64,000 nt of DNA from an uncultured Acidimicrobiaceae bacterium (GCA_913041415.1 CAJWHS010000003.1:603-64602), one strand, 5' to 3'. Shown: positions 10,109 to 18,591, counted from the first letter of the stretch. The notes: generated by a model not told the origin, from the sequence alone. Made by a program: numbers and translations.

Positions 10109-10653
10109 CGCCGAACGAAAAGCTCCAGACTCCGCTCGCCGTCGGCCCGCGGCTCGCCTGCCCAGACGCGGTCGATGCCCTCAAGTTCGACGACGGCCTC
10201 GGGGCCGACCCAATCGAACAGCACCACGAGGTGCTGATCGTCGACGTAAAGACCTGAGCGGCTCGCCCGGTCGAGCGATCGGACGAAGGGCAACATCGCC
10301 CGGAGCCGCATACCCGGATCACCAAACGATACGAGGCGGCTGCCAAGATCGAGTTTGCGTCCACTCGGGGCGTAGGCGACCCGCTGCCACGACGGCTTGT
10401 CACCGCGACGGCGCAGGCCAGCCTCGCGGATCCGGCGGACGAGTTCTCGACTGTCGACCGCCTCCGCACCGAGTGCGATCGCGCGGTGCCGATCGATTTC
10501 TTCGACGTCGTAGTGGTCGCCCTGAAAGCCGAGCCGGCGCTTGCCAATACATTGCGCGAACTCGTGGAGCTCGTCGAACGACTCGTCGCTCACGAGGTGG
10601 GCCCAACGCGCGTCCTGCCACTCCCACACGGCTGCATCGACAAGCATGGTCAT
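10105..10653 (-). CDS. DUF4031 domain protein
   Basis: ORF 10105..10674; the likely start is ATG ending at 10653 (MTMLVDAAVWEWQDARWAHLVSD..ELHEFA..IG..R..FQGDHYD). Its stop overlaps the start of the upstream MBL gene by 4 nt. Confidence 0.7.
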   Translation of the reverse strand: MTMLVDAAVWEWQDARWAHLVSDESFDELHEFAQCIGKRRLGFQGDHYDVEEIDRHRAIALGAEAVDSRELVRRIREAGLRRRGDKPSWQRVAYAPSGRKLDLGSRLVSFGDPGMRLRAMLPFVRSLDRASRSGLYVDDQHLVVLFDWVGPEAVVELEGIDRVWAGEPRADGERSLELFVRR

Positions 10654-10709
10654 GGCCGTACGGTATCGGCGCATGCTCCGACGGGCGTCTTCGTGCGAGA
10701 CTGCCCACC

Positions 10710-11093
10710 GTGTCCGACCCGACCGACGAGGTCCTCCTCCGCATCCCCGCCCGCCCGGAATACGGGCGCATCTTGCGGGTCGGTGGCGCTGCGCTTGGGA
10801 TGCGGCGAGGACTCTCGTTCGCAGAAATTGACGAATTGCGGCTCGCCGTCGACGAAGCGGTGATCCTGCTGCTCGATGGCTCCGGTGCAGACGGCGATAC
10901 CGAACTCATCGCGACCTTCCGGTTCGACGACAGCCACCTCGAGGTCGAGATCGCCACCGGCCGAACCGAAGCATTGCGCAGTAACGCGGTCGCCCGGTTC
11001 GGCGAGGTGTGTTCGCCGCTGATCGACGCCTACGAAGTCAACCCCGACCGAGGCTGGTTGCGGCTTCGGAAGGCGCCGGCACAGGTCGACTGA
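10710..11093 (+). CDS. hypothetical protein, anti-sigma-factor (RsbW/SpoIIAB HATPase)-like
   Basis: Taken from ORF 10473..11093 with a proposed GTG start at 10710 (VSDPTDEVLLRIPARPEYGRILRV...EIDELRLAVDEAV). The resemblance to anti-sigma regulatory factors is weak and comes from memory only. Confidence 0.4.
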   Translation: MSDPTDEVLLRIPARPEYGRILRVGGAALGMRRGLSFAEIDELRLAVDEAVILLLDGSGADGDTELIATFRFDDSHLEVEIATGRTEALRSNAVARFGEVCSPLIDAYEVNPDRGWLRLRKAPAQVD

Positions 11094-11094
11094 C

Positions 11095-11532
11095 TCAACG
11101 ACCGCTCGACCCGAAGCCCTTGTCGCCCCGCTCGCTGTCGTCCAGCGTGTTGACCTCGACGAACGTGACATGCTCGACCGCCTGTACGACGAGCTGGGCG
11201 ATGCGCTCACCGCGGGCGACCTCGAATGGTTCGGTCGGGTCATGGTTGATCAGGCACACCTTCAGCTCACCCCGGTAACCGGAGTCGATCAGGCCCGGGG
11301 TATTCAAAACGGTGACCCCGTGCTTGAACGCAAGACCGCTCCGCGGCTGGACCAGGCCTGCGTAGCCCTCCGGAAGCGCAATCGCGATACCGGTAGCGAC
11401 GAGGGCCCGACCGCCGGTGGGAGCAAGGATGACGCTCTCTCGGGCGACCAGGTCGATGCCGGCGTCACCCGCTCGGGCGTAGGCCGGGAGCGGCAGGTCG
11501 GGATCGAGGCGGAGGACGGGGAGATCAAGCAC
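11095..11532 (-). CDS. dut: dUTP diphosphatase
   Basis: 145 aa with motifs [15 protein letters not shown] and [10 protein letters not shown]. Confidence 0.95.
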   Translation of the reverse strand: MLDLPVLRLDPDLPLPAYARAGDAGIDLVARESVILAPTGGRALVATGIAIALPEGYAGLVQPRSGLAFKHGVTVLNTPGLIDSGYRGELKVCLINHDPTEPFEVARGERIAQLVVQAVEHVTFVEVNTLDDSERGDKGFGSSGR

Positions 11533-11571
11533 GGTGCGAAGCTAGCGGACGCAGCCGTCTACCCTGACACG

Positions 11572-12120
11572 ATGCTCGCCTGGATGGACTTGGAGATGAC
11601 GGGACTCGAACCCGACCGGCACGTGATCGTTGAGATCGCCACGCTGCTCACCGACGACGATCTCGAGTTGATCGCTGAGGGACCCGACCTTACCGTCCAC
11701 GCTACGCCGGAGCAGTTGGCGGAGATGGACGACTTCGTCACCAATATGCACACCCGCAGTGGCCTGCTTGACCAGATCACCACATCGACGACCAGTCTCG
11801 AGGAGGCCGGTGCGCAGACGCTCGCCTTCCTGCAAGAGCACATCCCCGAGGCCCGAACCGTGCCGCTGTGCGGCAACTCGATCGGTACCGATCGTCGCTT
11901 CCTCGCCGCCCATCTCCCCGAGGTCGAGGAGTTCCTCCACTACCGCTCAATCGACGTCTCCACGTTGAAGGAACTCGCCCGCCGTTGGAACCCTGACACC
12001 CTCAAGACGGCGCCGAAAAAAGCCGGCGACCACCGTGCCCTGGACGACATCCGCGAGAGCCTCGAAGAGCTGCGCCACTACCGGCAAGCGCTTTTCGTTT
12101 CCCGCGACGCTTCCTCCTAG
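11572..12120 (+). CDS. orn: oligoribonuclease
   Basis: C-terminal 182 aa of ORF 11170..12120, starting at ATG 11572 (MLAWMDLEMTGL). DEDDh exonuclease motifs are present (DLEMTGL, CGNSIGTDRRFL, HRALDDI). Confidence 0.9.
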   Translation: MLAWMDLEMTGLEPDRHVIVEIATLLTDDDLELIAEGPDLTVHATPEQLAEMDDFVTNMHTRSGLLDQITTSTTSLEEAGAQTLAFLQEHIPEARTVPLCGNSIGTDRRFLAAHLPEVEEFLHYRSIDVSTLKELARRWNPDTLKTAPKKAGDHRALDDIRESLEELRHYRQALFVSRDASS

Positions 12121-12184
12121 CCTGCAGAGCGTGAGCTCCCCCACCTACACGAAGCAGGAACAAGAGCCAGCGTCCGAGGAGGTC

Positions 12185-13210
12185 ATGGAGGTCGCTGACG
12201 GCGTCCTGCGGATGCAGCTGCCGATCTCGTTGCCCGGTCTCGGCCACGTCAACTGCTACGCCCTCGTTGATGGGGATGGTGTCGCCCTCGTCGACCCCGG
12301 ACTCCCCGGCCCCGAGTCGTGGAACGCGCTCATGGCCCGACTGAAGCAGGCCGAGATTCCGGTCGAGCGGGTGCACACGGTCGTCGTCACCCATTCCCAC
12401 CCCGACCACTTCGGTGGCAGCGCCCAACTGCGCGAGGTCGCCGGTGCCGACGTCTTGACCCACGAAGCGTTTACCTCGTTCACCGCTGAAGCCAACGACG
12501 ATCTGGAGCCGTTGATCGCGGACATGACCGAAGCGGAGATCGTCGATCTCTGGAAGGAACGCTTCAAGCAATTCGGCGAAACACCGTGGGGCACCCGCCG
12601 AGAGCCGCCACCCGATCACGCAATCATCCGGATGATCCAGGCCGACGCAGGCGGACAGCGGTTCCTGTCGCCAGAGGCCACGATCCGGGTCGCCGACGGC
12701 GATCCGTTGCACTTCGCTGGCCGTGAGTGGTTTGCCATGCACACCCCCGGCCACACCATCGACCACCTCTGTCTGTGGGATCCAGCCGATGGTGTGCTGC
12801 TGTCGGGCGATCACGTTCTGCCGACGATCACCCCCCACATCGCCGGCTCAACCGCCGTCGACGACCCGCTGTCGATCTTCTTTGATTCGCTCGACCGGGT
12901 CGCGGCGCTCGAGGGCCTCACAACCGTGCTGCCGGCTCACGGCCATCCATTCGAGGACTGCCAGGGCCGCTGCGGCTTCATCAAGGAGCACCACCACGAT
13001 CGCCTGCAGTTGCTGCGCGATGCGGCGGGGGGCACCGGCGATGCGCCGGTTACCGAGTGGATGAAGGTTCTGTTCCGCGAACGCTCGTGGGGCGACATGG
13101 CGGCGAGCGAGACGTTCGCTCACCTGGAGCACCTTCGGTTGGCCGGAGAGGCAGTCACCCACCGAGACGACGGCGGCCTGCTCTACTTCGAACTCTCCGA
13201 CGCCGGCTGA
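12185..13210 (+). CDS. MBL-fold metallo-hydrolase
   Basis: ORF 12035..13210; the likely start is ATG 12185 (MEVADGVLRMQLP). It has the HSHPDHFGG metal motif and a later TPGHT motif. Confidence 0.8.
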   Translation: MEVADGVLRMQLPISLPGLGHVNCYALVDGDGVALVDPGLPGPESWNALMARLKQAEIPVERVHTVVVTHSHPDHFGGSAQLREVAGADVLTHEAFTSFTAEANDDLEPLIADMTEAEIVDLWKERFKQFGETPWGTRREPPPDHAIIRMIQADAGGQRFLSPEATIRVADGDPLHFAGREWFAMHTPGHTIDHLCLWDPADGVLLSGDHVLPTITPHIAGSTAVDDPLSIFFDSLDRVAALEGLTTVLPAHGHPFEDCQGRCGFIKEHHHDRLQLLRDAAGGTGDAPVTEWMKVLFRERSWGDMAASETFAHLEHLRLAGEAVTHRDDGGLLYFELSDAG

Positions 13211-13218
13211 TCAGCGAC

Positions 13219-13935
13219 TCAGAATGGCCGCACCTCGGCCGCACTAGCCGTGCCCGCCCCGGTGGTGAGCCAGGTACGGAACCCGCCGGCGTCGCCCGTC
13301 CAACGGATAGTGGCCGAACCCGGCGGGGTCTCGCCCCCGTGCTCAAGCTGAGCTCGGACCCCTTCGAGCTGCATGCCGGTGCGATGGGCAACCTCCTCGA
13401 CCGGCGCCCACTGGGCGGCGTTGTTGACATGGCCGAGCACGTCGAGATCGACGAATCGGATCGGCCAAGCAAGCTCGGCGGCATCGTCGGGGGACTGATT
13501 CGGGAGTTGGAGACGGGCCGAAACCTTGCGCTCTGTGGCCGAACCGTAGATGTCGAAGAACTCGGCGTTGAGCTTGCGGGGCGCACCGGTCTCACCATCG
13601 ACGTAGATCCAGATCGTCACCGCCTCGACATCAGCACCCTCGTCGCCCCGGATCTCGGTACGGCGTTCGGCCCACCGTCCTCCATGGCCGCTACACCAGG
13701 TCGCCAGCGTGATCTGTTCCTGGAAGACCGGTGCCCGGTGGACGTCGAGCATCGTGCGGCGGACCACCCACGTCATCGCGTCGGTCAGCCCGGAGTCGGT
13801 GGAATCGTCTCGGGCAACATCCTGCAGTTGGCGCACAGTGGCATCGAGACGGCAGCGGCCGGTCGGATCGACCTCGGCGAGTCGAATCCGGCGAGTGTTC
13901 TCGAAGACCCGACCAGCGGCCGGTTTCGGCGTCAT
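13219..13935 (-). CDS. acyl-ACP thioesterase family protein
   Basis: ORF 13219..13959; the likely start is ATG ending at 13935. It has the double hotdog-type layout, and the motifs D..G......L.....A and LDVLGHVNN resemble the acyl-ACP thioesterase family. Confidence 0.65.
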   Translation of the reverse strand: MTPKPAAGRVFENTRRIRLAEVDPTGRCRLDATVRQLQDVARDDSTDSGLTDAMTWVVRRTMLDVHRAPVFQEQITLATWCSGHGGRWAERRTEIRGDEGADVEAVTIWIYVDGETGAPRKLNAEFFDIYGSATERKVSARLQLPNQSPDDAAELAWPIRFVDLDVLGHVNNAAQWAPVEEVAHRTGMQLEGVRAQLEHGGETPPGSATIRWTGDAGGFRTWLTTGAGTASAAEVRPF

Positions 13936-14085
13936 TTCAGCAGCTCCCGGCTCCGGCACGGGGTGGACCGTAGCAATTTTGGGAGATTCTGCTCGTAATT
14001 CGGTTGACGATTTGCAAACGGCCCGCCATCGTTAACGGCGCCGGAACGTCCGGTCGCGCAGGGCCTCGCCCAAGGAGCCGTCCCG

Positions 14086-14244
14086 ATGAACCAGATCACG
14101 TGCCACGAGCATCACGTCGCCACTACGCCCGACGCATGCGCGCGCGCGATCGCGCGTTCGTGCGGCGGCGCCTGGCTCGGTTCCTTCCTCTTCGTGACGA
14201 AGCCGTATGCCGACCAGCGGCCCACCGGAGCACCCCCTGGCTGA
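14086..14244 (+). promoter_or_regulatory. candidate upstream ORF (52 codons) in the whiB7-like leader
   Basis: ATG 14086 lies 8 nt after AAGGAG. My translation is MNQITCHEHHVATTPDACARAIARSCGGAWLGSFLFVTKPYADQRPTGAPPG*, mostly with GC-ending codons. It is too short for the ORF track and ends 33 nt before the attenuator hairpin. Confidence 0.35.
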
Positions 14245-14277
14245 TCCCAGCCACCCACAACAGGGGAAACGCACCGA

Positions 14278-14311
14278 GGCCGCCAGCAACCTGGCGGTCT
14301 TTCTGCTTTTC
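14278..14311 (+). terminator. candidate transcription attenuator in the whiB7-like leader
   Basis: Stem ggccgccag / ctggcggtc with loop caac, followed by tttctgcttttcg. It sits between the uORF stop (14244) and the whiB start (14382). Confidence 0.5.
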
Positions 14312-14381
14312 GTCCCCGTTCCGCCGACCAACCCACCACCACCCAACTAGCACCATCCACGTCAAGAGAGGAGACGAGGTC

Positions 14382-14750
14382 ATGCAAACCCTCGTCGACA
14401 CCAACATTCACACCACCATCAGCGTCGGGGACCTCCCCTGGGAGGACATCGCGGCGTGCCGTGCCGTGCCAAACGCTGCGGATCTCTTCTTCAGCGAGGA
14501 CATCGGCGATATCGCCGCAGCCAAACGCGTGTGCGCCGACTGTTCGGTGTTGGCCGAGTGCCTCGAAGGGGCGCTCGACCGACGCGAGTTGTTCGGCGTG
14601 TGGGGTGGGCAACTCTTCATCAACGGCAAGATGCTGACGGTGAAGCGCCGACGGGGTCGACCCCCGAAGGTCGCCCGTCCGGAGGACCAGATGCCGGTCG
14701 TGCCGATTCCGGTGCATCTGCAGGTCACCGCCCAGAAGCGGTCCGCCTGA
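14382..14750 (+). CDS. whiB7: WhiB-family Fe-S transcription factor with C-terminal AT-hook (WhiB7/WblC-like)
   Basis: C-terminal 122 aa of ORF 14004..14750, starting at ATG 14382 after the RBS agagaggagacgagg. It has four Cys (C..., CADCSVLAEC), the turn motif GVWGG, and the AT-hook KRRRGRPPK. The tail parallels the M. tuberculosis WhiB7 tail (PWGVWGGEIF...KRPRGRPRK) as I recall it. Confidence 0.85.
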   Translation: MQTLVDTNIHTTISVGDLPWEDIAACRAVPNAADLFFSEDIGDIAAAKRVCADCSVLAECLEGALDRRELFGVWGGQLFINGKMLTVKRRRGRPPKVARPEDQMPVVPIPVHLQVTAQKRSA

Positions 14751-14898
14751 GTCCCTCCCAAACCCGGTGGCGGGGTCGTCCCCCGGACCCCGCCACCCCA
14801 CGATCCCCCCACCGCCCGCCCCGGCGTCCTCCACGGCCCGAGTGACGTCGATCGAGCTCCGGCCGTAGCCGGGGACGGGCGGTGGGCATGGGAACGAA

Positions 14899-14938
14899 GA
14901 TGGCGACCGATGCCGGAGGTCGCCATCTCGTCGTTTTC
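14899..14938 (+). terminator. intrinsic terminator downstream of whiB7-like gene
   Basis: 10-bp stem gatggcgacc / ggtcgccatc with a 9-nt loop, followed by tcgtcgttttcgc. Confidence 0.5.
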
Positions 14939-15000
14939 GCCGCACTGGGGGCGTGCTACCCCGACGCCCTCGCTCACGGTGACGCCCGCTAGCGTTTTGC

Positions 15001-15573
15001 ATGGAGCCTTCCGTGTCTCATTCCCCCGCCTTTCGTCCAATCCGTCGCCACGTCATTCTCGGCGTCGCCGGCCTGCCGGCGCTCCTAGGCGCCTGTGGCG
15101 GTGAGGACGACGTCACCCGGCTCACCAACGACCCGATTCCGCTCGAGGAACTCCAAAACGACAACGCGATCGGATCCGGCGTTGACATCGACTTCACGAC
15201 CTTCGACGGATCCCCGTCGAACTTCGCCGCCTACGCCGGCACGCCACTGGTCGTGAATTTCTTCTCTCGCACCTGTGCGCCATGTGTGACCGAGATGCCG
15301 GAGTTTGAGGCAGTCTTCCAGGCGTTCGACGGTAATGTCGCCTTCGTTGGGATCTCCACCGACACCCGGTTCGGTGACGCCGAACTGATCGTCGAGCAAA
15401 CCGGCGTCACCTATGACCTTGGCTGGGACCCGAACACCGACGTGTTCGAGCGGTTCGGCGGGTTCGCCATGCCGACCACCGTGTTCGTCGATGCCGCAGG
15501 GGTGGTTCGTGAAACCTGGTCGGGTGTGCTCACCGCCACAGAGCTGACCGCCAAGATCGAGAACATCGCCTGA
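15001..15573 (+). CDS. TlpA/ResA-like thiol-disulfide oxidoreductase lipoprotein
   Basis: 190 aa with a signal peptide carrying lipobox LLGAC and a thioredoxin-fold CxxC motif (FFSRTCAPCVTEMPEF). Confidence 0.85.
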   Translation: MEPSVSHSPAFRPIRRHVILGVAGLPALLGACGGEDDVTRLTNDPIPLEELQNDNAIGSGVDIDFTTFDGSPSNFAAYAGTPLVVNFFSRTCAPCVTEMPEFEAVFQAFDGNVAFVGISTDTRFGDAELIVEQTGVTYDLGWDPNTDVFERFGGFAMPTTVFVDAAGVVRETWSGVLTATELTAKIENIA

Positions 15574-16691
15574 TGAGTATCGAAGCGCTGGCGTTCCCGT
15601 TCAGTGTCGGCATGTTGGCGGCGTTTAACCCTTGCGGCTTCGCCATGTTGCCGACCTATATCGGCTACTTCATCGGCACCGGCGACACCGAACAGCCCAC
15701 CAGGGTGCGGGCGATCACCCGCGGCCTTTGGGTCGGCTCGATGCTGACACTGGGCTTCGTTGCCGTGTTCGGTGGGCTCGGGATTCTGATCTCGTTGTTC
15801 CTGAGCCAGGGCACGGTGGTCGAGTACCTCGGCTATGTCACGGTCGCTCTCGGCGTTGCGCTCATCTCGATGGGGATCGCCATGTTCACGGGCAGAGAGA
15901 TCATGCTGAACCTCCCGAAGTTGAACAATGGCACCGACAGCCGCGAGAGCAGTTCAATGTTCCTCTTCGGCGTCTCGTATGCCGTCGTCTCGCTGAGCTG
16001 CACGATCGGCTTGTTCATCTCGGCAGTGTCGAACGCCTTCACCACCGACGGCTTCGTTCAGGGGGTGGGAAGCTTCGTCGCCTACAGCCTCGGTATGGGC
16101 ACCATCATTCTCTTTCTCACCGTGAGTCTTGCCCGGGCGAAGAACAACGTCGCCACCAACATGCGGCGGCTCCTCCCGTTCATGGGGACGGTCTCCGGCA
16201 TCGTTCTCATCATCGCCGGCATCTACCTGATCGACTACGGCATCTGGGAAATCCGGATCCAAGACGATCTCGGTGCCCCGAATCTGCTGGTTGACCAGCT
16301 CGAGGCCTTCCAGGCCGCAGTTTCCAACTGGATCGTCGATGCCACCCCGGAACGCATCGGCGTGCTCTCCGTCGTGCTCATCGCCGGCATCTACCTCCTG
16401 GCCTGGTTCGAGGACAACCCTGGTGATCGCCTTCGCCAATGGTCGCTTGCGGTCGCGTGGGCGGCGGTCGTGCTCTTCCTCGAGGCCTTCAACGGCTTCG
16501 ATTTCCTGATCACCCCGATCTGGCGCTTCGCAGCGAACTGGCCGTTCCGCATCGGCAACTGGTTCACCGATCCGCTCCGCGGTGGAGTCCCGATCGAGGT
16601 CTTCTTCGTGGCCTTGGTCGCCCTGTGGGCATACCGCGAAGCCGACAGCTACCGTCGCTCTCGTGCTGCGGTCACTGCTGGAGCGTCCTGA
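15573..16691 (+). CDS. ccdA: cytochrome c biogenesis protein CcdA (DsbD family) with extra C-terminal membrane region
   Basis: 372 aa with the two conserved membrane cysteines (FNPCGFAMLP and SLSCTIGLF). The start overlaps the stop of the upstream redoxin gene. The last roughly 130 aa form additional hydrophobic helices. Confidence 0.85.
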   Translation: MSIEALAFPFSVGMLAAFNPCGFAMLPTYIGYFIGTGDTEQPTRVRAITRGLWVGSMLTLGFVAVFGGLGILISLFLSQGTVVEYLGYVTVALGVALISMGIAMFTGREIMLNLPKLNNGTDSRESSSMFLFGVSYAVVSLSCTIGLFISAVSNAFTTDGFVQGVGSFVAYSLGMGTIILFLTVSLARAKNNVATNMRRLLPFMGTVSGIVLIIAGIYLIDYGIWEIRIQDDLGAPNLLVDQLEAFQAAVSNWIVDATPERIGVLSVVLIAGIYLLAWFEDNPGDRLRQWSLAVAWAAVVLFLEAFNGFDFLITPIWRFAANWPFRIGNWFTDPLRGGVPIEVFFVALVALWAYREADSYRRSRAAVTAGAS

Positions 16692-17268
16692 GGTCACCGA
16701 GATCTGCGAGCTGCGAGGCTCGTTCGGTCTCATGGCGTTCCACGGCGGCAACCTCGAACGCACCACCGACATCATCGCCGCCGAGGTCGCCGAGCGCACC
16801 GGATCGTCCTACTACGGCGTGATCCAGGCCGCGCCGTTCCGACAGCACATTCCCAGCACCAAGTTCGACCCGACCGAGAGCGATGCGCTCGCCTCGTTCG
16901 TTGGGCACGTCGACACGGTCATCGCCGTGCACGGCTACGGCCGCGACGACCACTTCTGGGACGTGCTGCTCGGCGGCCGCAACCGACAACTCGCGACACA
17001 TCTGTCCGGTCACCTTCGCGCCGAACTCGACGAGCGGTTCGGCGTGCTCGACGTCGTCGATGAGATTCCCGGTGGCCTTCGGGGTCAACACGCACGCAAT
17101 CCGGTGAACCTGCCAATCAACGCCGGCGTGCAGATGGAACTGCCCCCGACCATTCGGTGGAACAAGGAAGCGATGAACTGGAGCGACCACGAGGGCACGC
17201 CTCGGGCTCCCCAGGTCGATGCGTTGATCGAGACGTTGGTCGTCGCCGTCGAAACCTGGCAGGGCTGA
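16663..17268 (+). CDS. poly-gamma-glutamate hydrolase family protein (UPF0714/DUF867-like)
   Basis: ORF 16582..17268 with a proposed GTG start at 16663. Motifs are FGLMAFHGGNLERTTD and AVHGYGR. The start is uncertain and would overlap the ccdA 3' end. Confidence 0.65.
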   Translation: MLRSLLERPEVTEICELRGSFGLMAFHGGNLERTTDIIAAEVAERTGSSYYGVIQAAPFRQHIPSTKFDPTESDALASFVGHVDTVIAVHGYGRDDHFWDVLLGGRNRQLATHLSGHLRAELDERFGVLDVVDEIPGGLRGQHARNPVNLPINAGVQMELPPTIRWNKEAMNWSDHEGTPRAPQVDALIETLVVAVETWQG

Positions 17269-17901
17269 TCAGGGCGACTGGCGCTCAATCACCCAGTCGT
17301 CACCCTCGAGTCGGTACCGCACGCGATCGTGAAGGCGGCTCGGCCGTCCCTGCCAGAACTCAAATTGGTGAGGACGGACGAGATAGCCACCCCAGTGCGG
17401 TGGACGCGGAACCTCGTCGGGGAATCGCGCCGAGAACTCGCTCACCGCAGCGTCGAGCATCTCGCGGGACGGGATCACCGACGACTGATCGCTCGCCCAG
17501 GCACCAAGCTGGCTCCCGCGTGGGCGATCCGCGAAGTAGGCATCGGATTCGGCCTCAGGGACGTGTTCGGCCGAACCGATGATGTGGACCTGGCGCTCGA
17601 GATCGTGCCACACGAAGCTCATCGCCGCACGGTTGGTCGCATTGAGGGCCTTGCCCTTCGTGGAGGTCCGATTCGTGTAGAAGACGAGGCCTCGATCGTC
17701 GATACCGCGCAGGAGCACGGCTCGACTCGACGGCCAGCCGGAAGCGTCGACCGTGCTCACCACCACGACCCCGGGATCACGGGGACCGGTGGCCGCCCAC
17801 TCGTCAAACCAGGTCCGGAACTGCACGATCGGATCCGGGTCGACATCGGCAATGTCGAGGCCTGCTTGCTCGTACTGGTGACGGATCGACTCCAGGTTCA
17901 T
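17269..17901 (-). CDS. pdxH: pyridoxamine 5'-phosphate oxidase
   Basis: 210 aa with motifs RAVLLRG.D.RG..FYTN..S.KG and a C-terminal FEFWQGRPSRLHDR. Confidence 0.95.
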   Translation of the reverse strand: MNLESIRHQYEQAGLDIADVDPDPIVQFRTWFDEWAATGPRDPGVVVVSTVDASGWPSSRAVLLRGIDDRGLVFYTNRTSTKGKALNATNRAAMSFVWHDLERQVHIIGSAEHVPEAESDAYFADRPRGSQLGAWASDQSSVIPSREMLDAAVSEFSARFPDEVPRPPHWGGYLVRPHQFEFWQGRPSRLHDRVRYRLEGDDWVIERQSP

Positions 17902-18271
17902 GGCCAGACTCTACGGTGCAGTCATGGATCGAGTCGTACCCGCCGTCCTTGCCGGCGGTGCCGCCGGCGCGGTCAGCCGGTGGGCGATCGGTGAGTTTGG
18001 CTGGTCGTCCGCAACGACCCTGCTGGTGGTCAACACGGTCGGCTGTTTCATACTGGGAATCGTCATTGCGGCCCTTCCCGAGCGCGAGCATCCGATCCGC
18101 TTGGCCTTGGGGGTTGGTGTGTGCGGTGGCCTCACGACGTTCTCGGGGCTCGCCGTCGACCTCGCCATACGACTCGACGCGGGCGACGTCGGCGAGGCAG
18201 CAGCGATGGGTGTGCTCAGCCTCGGGCTTGGCCTGATCGCGTTTCTGGGTGGGCGGGCGGTGTCGGCGTGA
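17900..18271 (+). CDS. crcB: fluoride efflux transporter CrcB (first of pair)
   Basis: 123 aa hydrophobic protein with the motifs NT.GCF.LG and GGLTTFS. An alternative start is ATG 17924. Confidence 0.85.
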   Translation: MARLYGAVMDRVVPAVLAGGAAGAVSRWAIGEFGWSSATTLLVVNTVGCFILGIVIAALPEREHPIRLALGVGVCGGLTTFSGLAVDLAIRLDAGDVGEAAAMGVLSLGLGLIAFLGGRAVSA

Positions 18272-18591
18272 TCGCCGTGTTGTTCGTCGTCACCGCCGCA
18301 GCCGGCACACTGCTTCGCTGGCAGGCGTCGATGTCCGTGCCCATCCGGGCGATCGCGACGTTTGCTGTGAATATCGGCGGCGCGTTCGCGCTGGGACTGC
18401 TCTCCACCGCAAGCGCCGACTCGCAGCTCATCGGTGGCGTGGCGGGCATTGGGGCGCTCACGACCTTTTCGACGTTCGTGGCCGAACTCTTCGAGATCCA
18501 CCAGATCGACCGGGGATGGGCGTGGCGTTATGGGGCTGCAACCTTCGTGTTCGGGGTGGCCGTAGCCTGGATAGGGTTGACGTTGGCCTAG
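18268..18591 (+). CDS. crcB: fluoride efflux transporter CrcB (second of pair)
   Basis: In-frame part of ORF 18121..18591, starting at GTG 18268, which overlaps the stop of the first crcB (GTGA). Motifs are VNIGGAFALG and GALTTFSTF. Confidence 0.8.
   Translation: MIAVLFVVTAAAGTLLRWQASMSVPIRAIATFAVNIGGAFALGLLSTASADSQLIGGVAGIGALTTFSTFVAELFEIHQIDRGWAWRYGAATFVFGVAVAWIGLTLA

Noticed and set aside
11170-11571. N-terminal 134 codons of ORF 11170..12120, upstream of the oligoribonuclease domain.
   Set aside because: This part is antisense to the dut coding sequence and has no homology pattern. Orn begins at the conserved MDLEMTGL region (ATG 11572).
14004-14381. N-terminal 126 codons of ORF 14004..14750, which would make a 248-aa WhiB protein.
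   Set aside because: The extension is Arg/Pro/Ala-rich with no coding character. A strong RBS precedes ATG 14382, and WhiB proteins are about 80-130 aa. I interpret the region as a regulatory leader instead.
17266-17271. Abutting convergent stop codons forming the palindrome TGATCA at two places: 17266-17271 (hydrolase/pdxH) and 38511-38516 (hypothetical/purB).
   Set aside because: The hexamer is simply TGA plus its reverse complement. Two occurrences in 64 kb of compact genome are unremarkable, and I see no further shared context.
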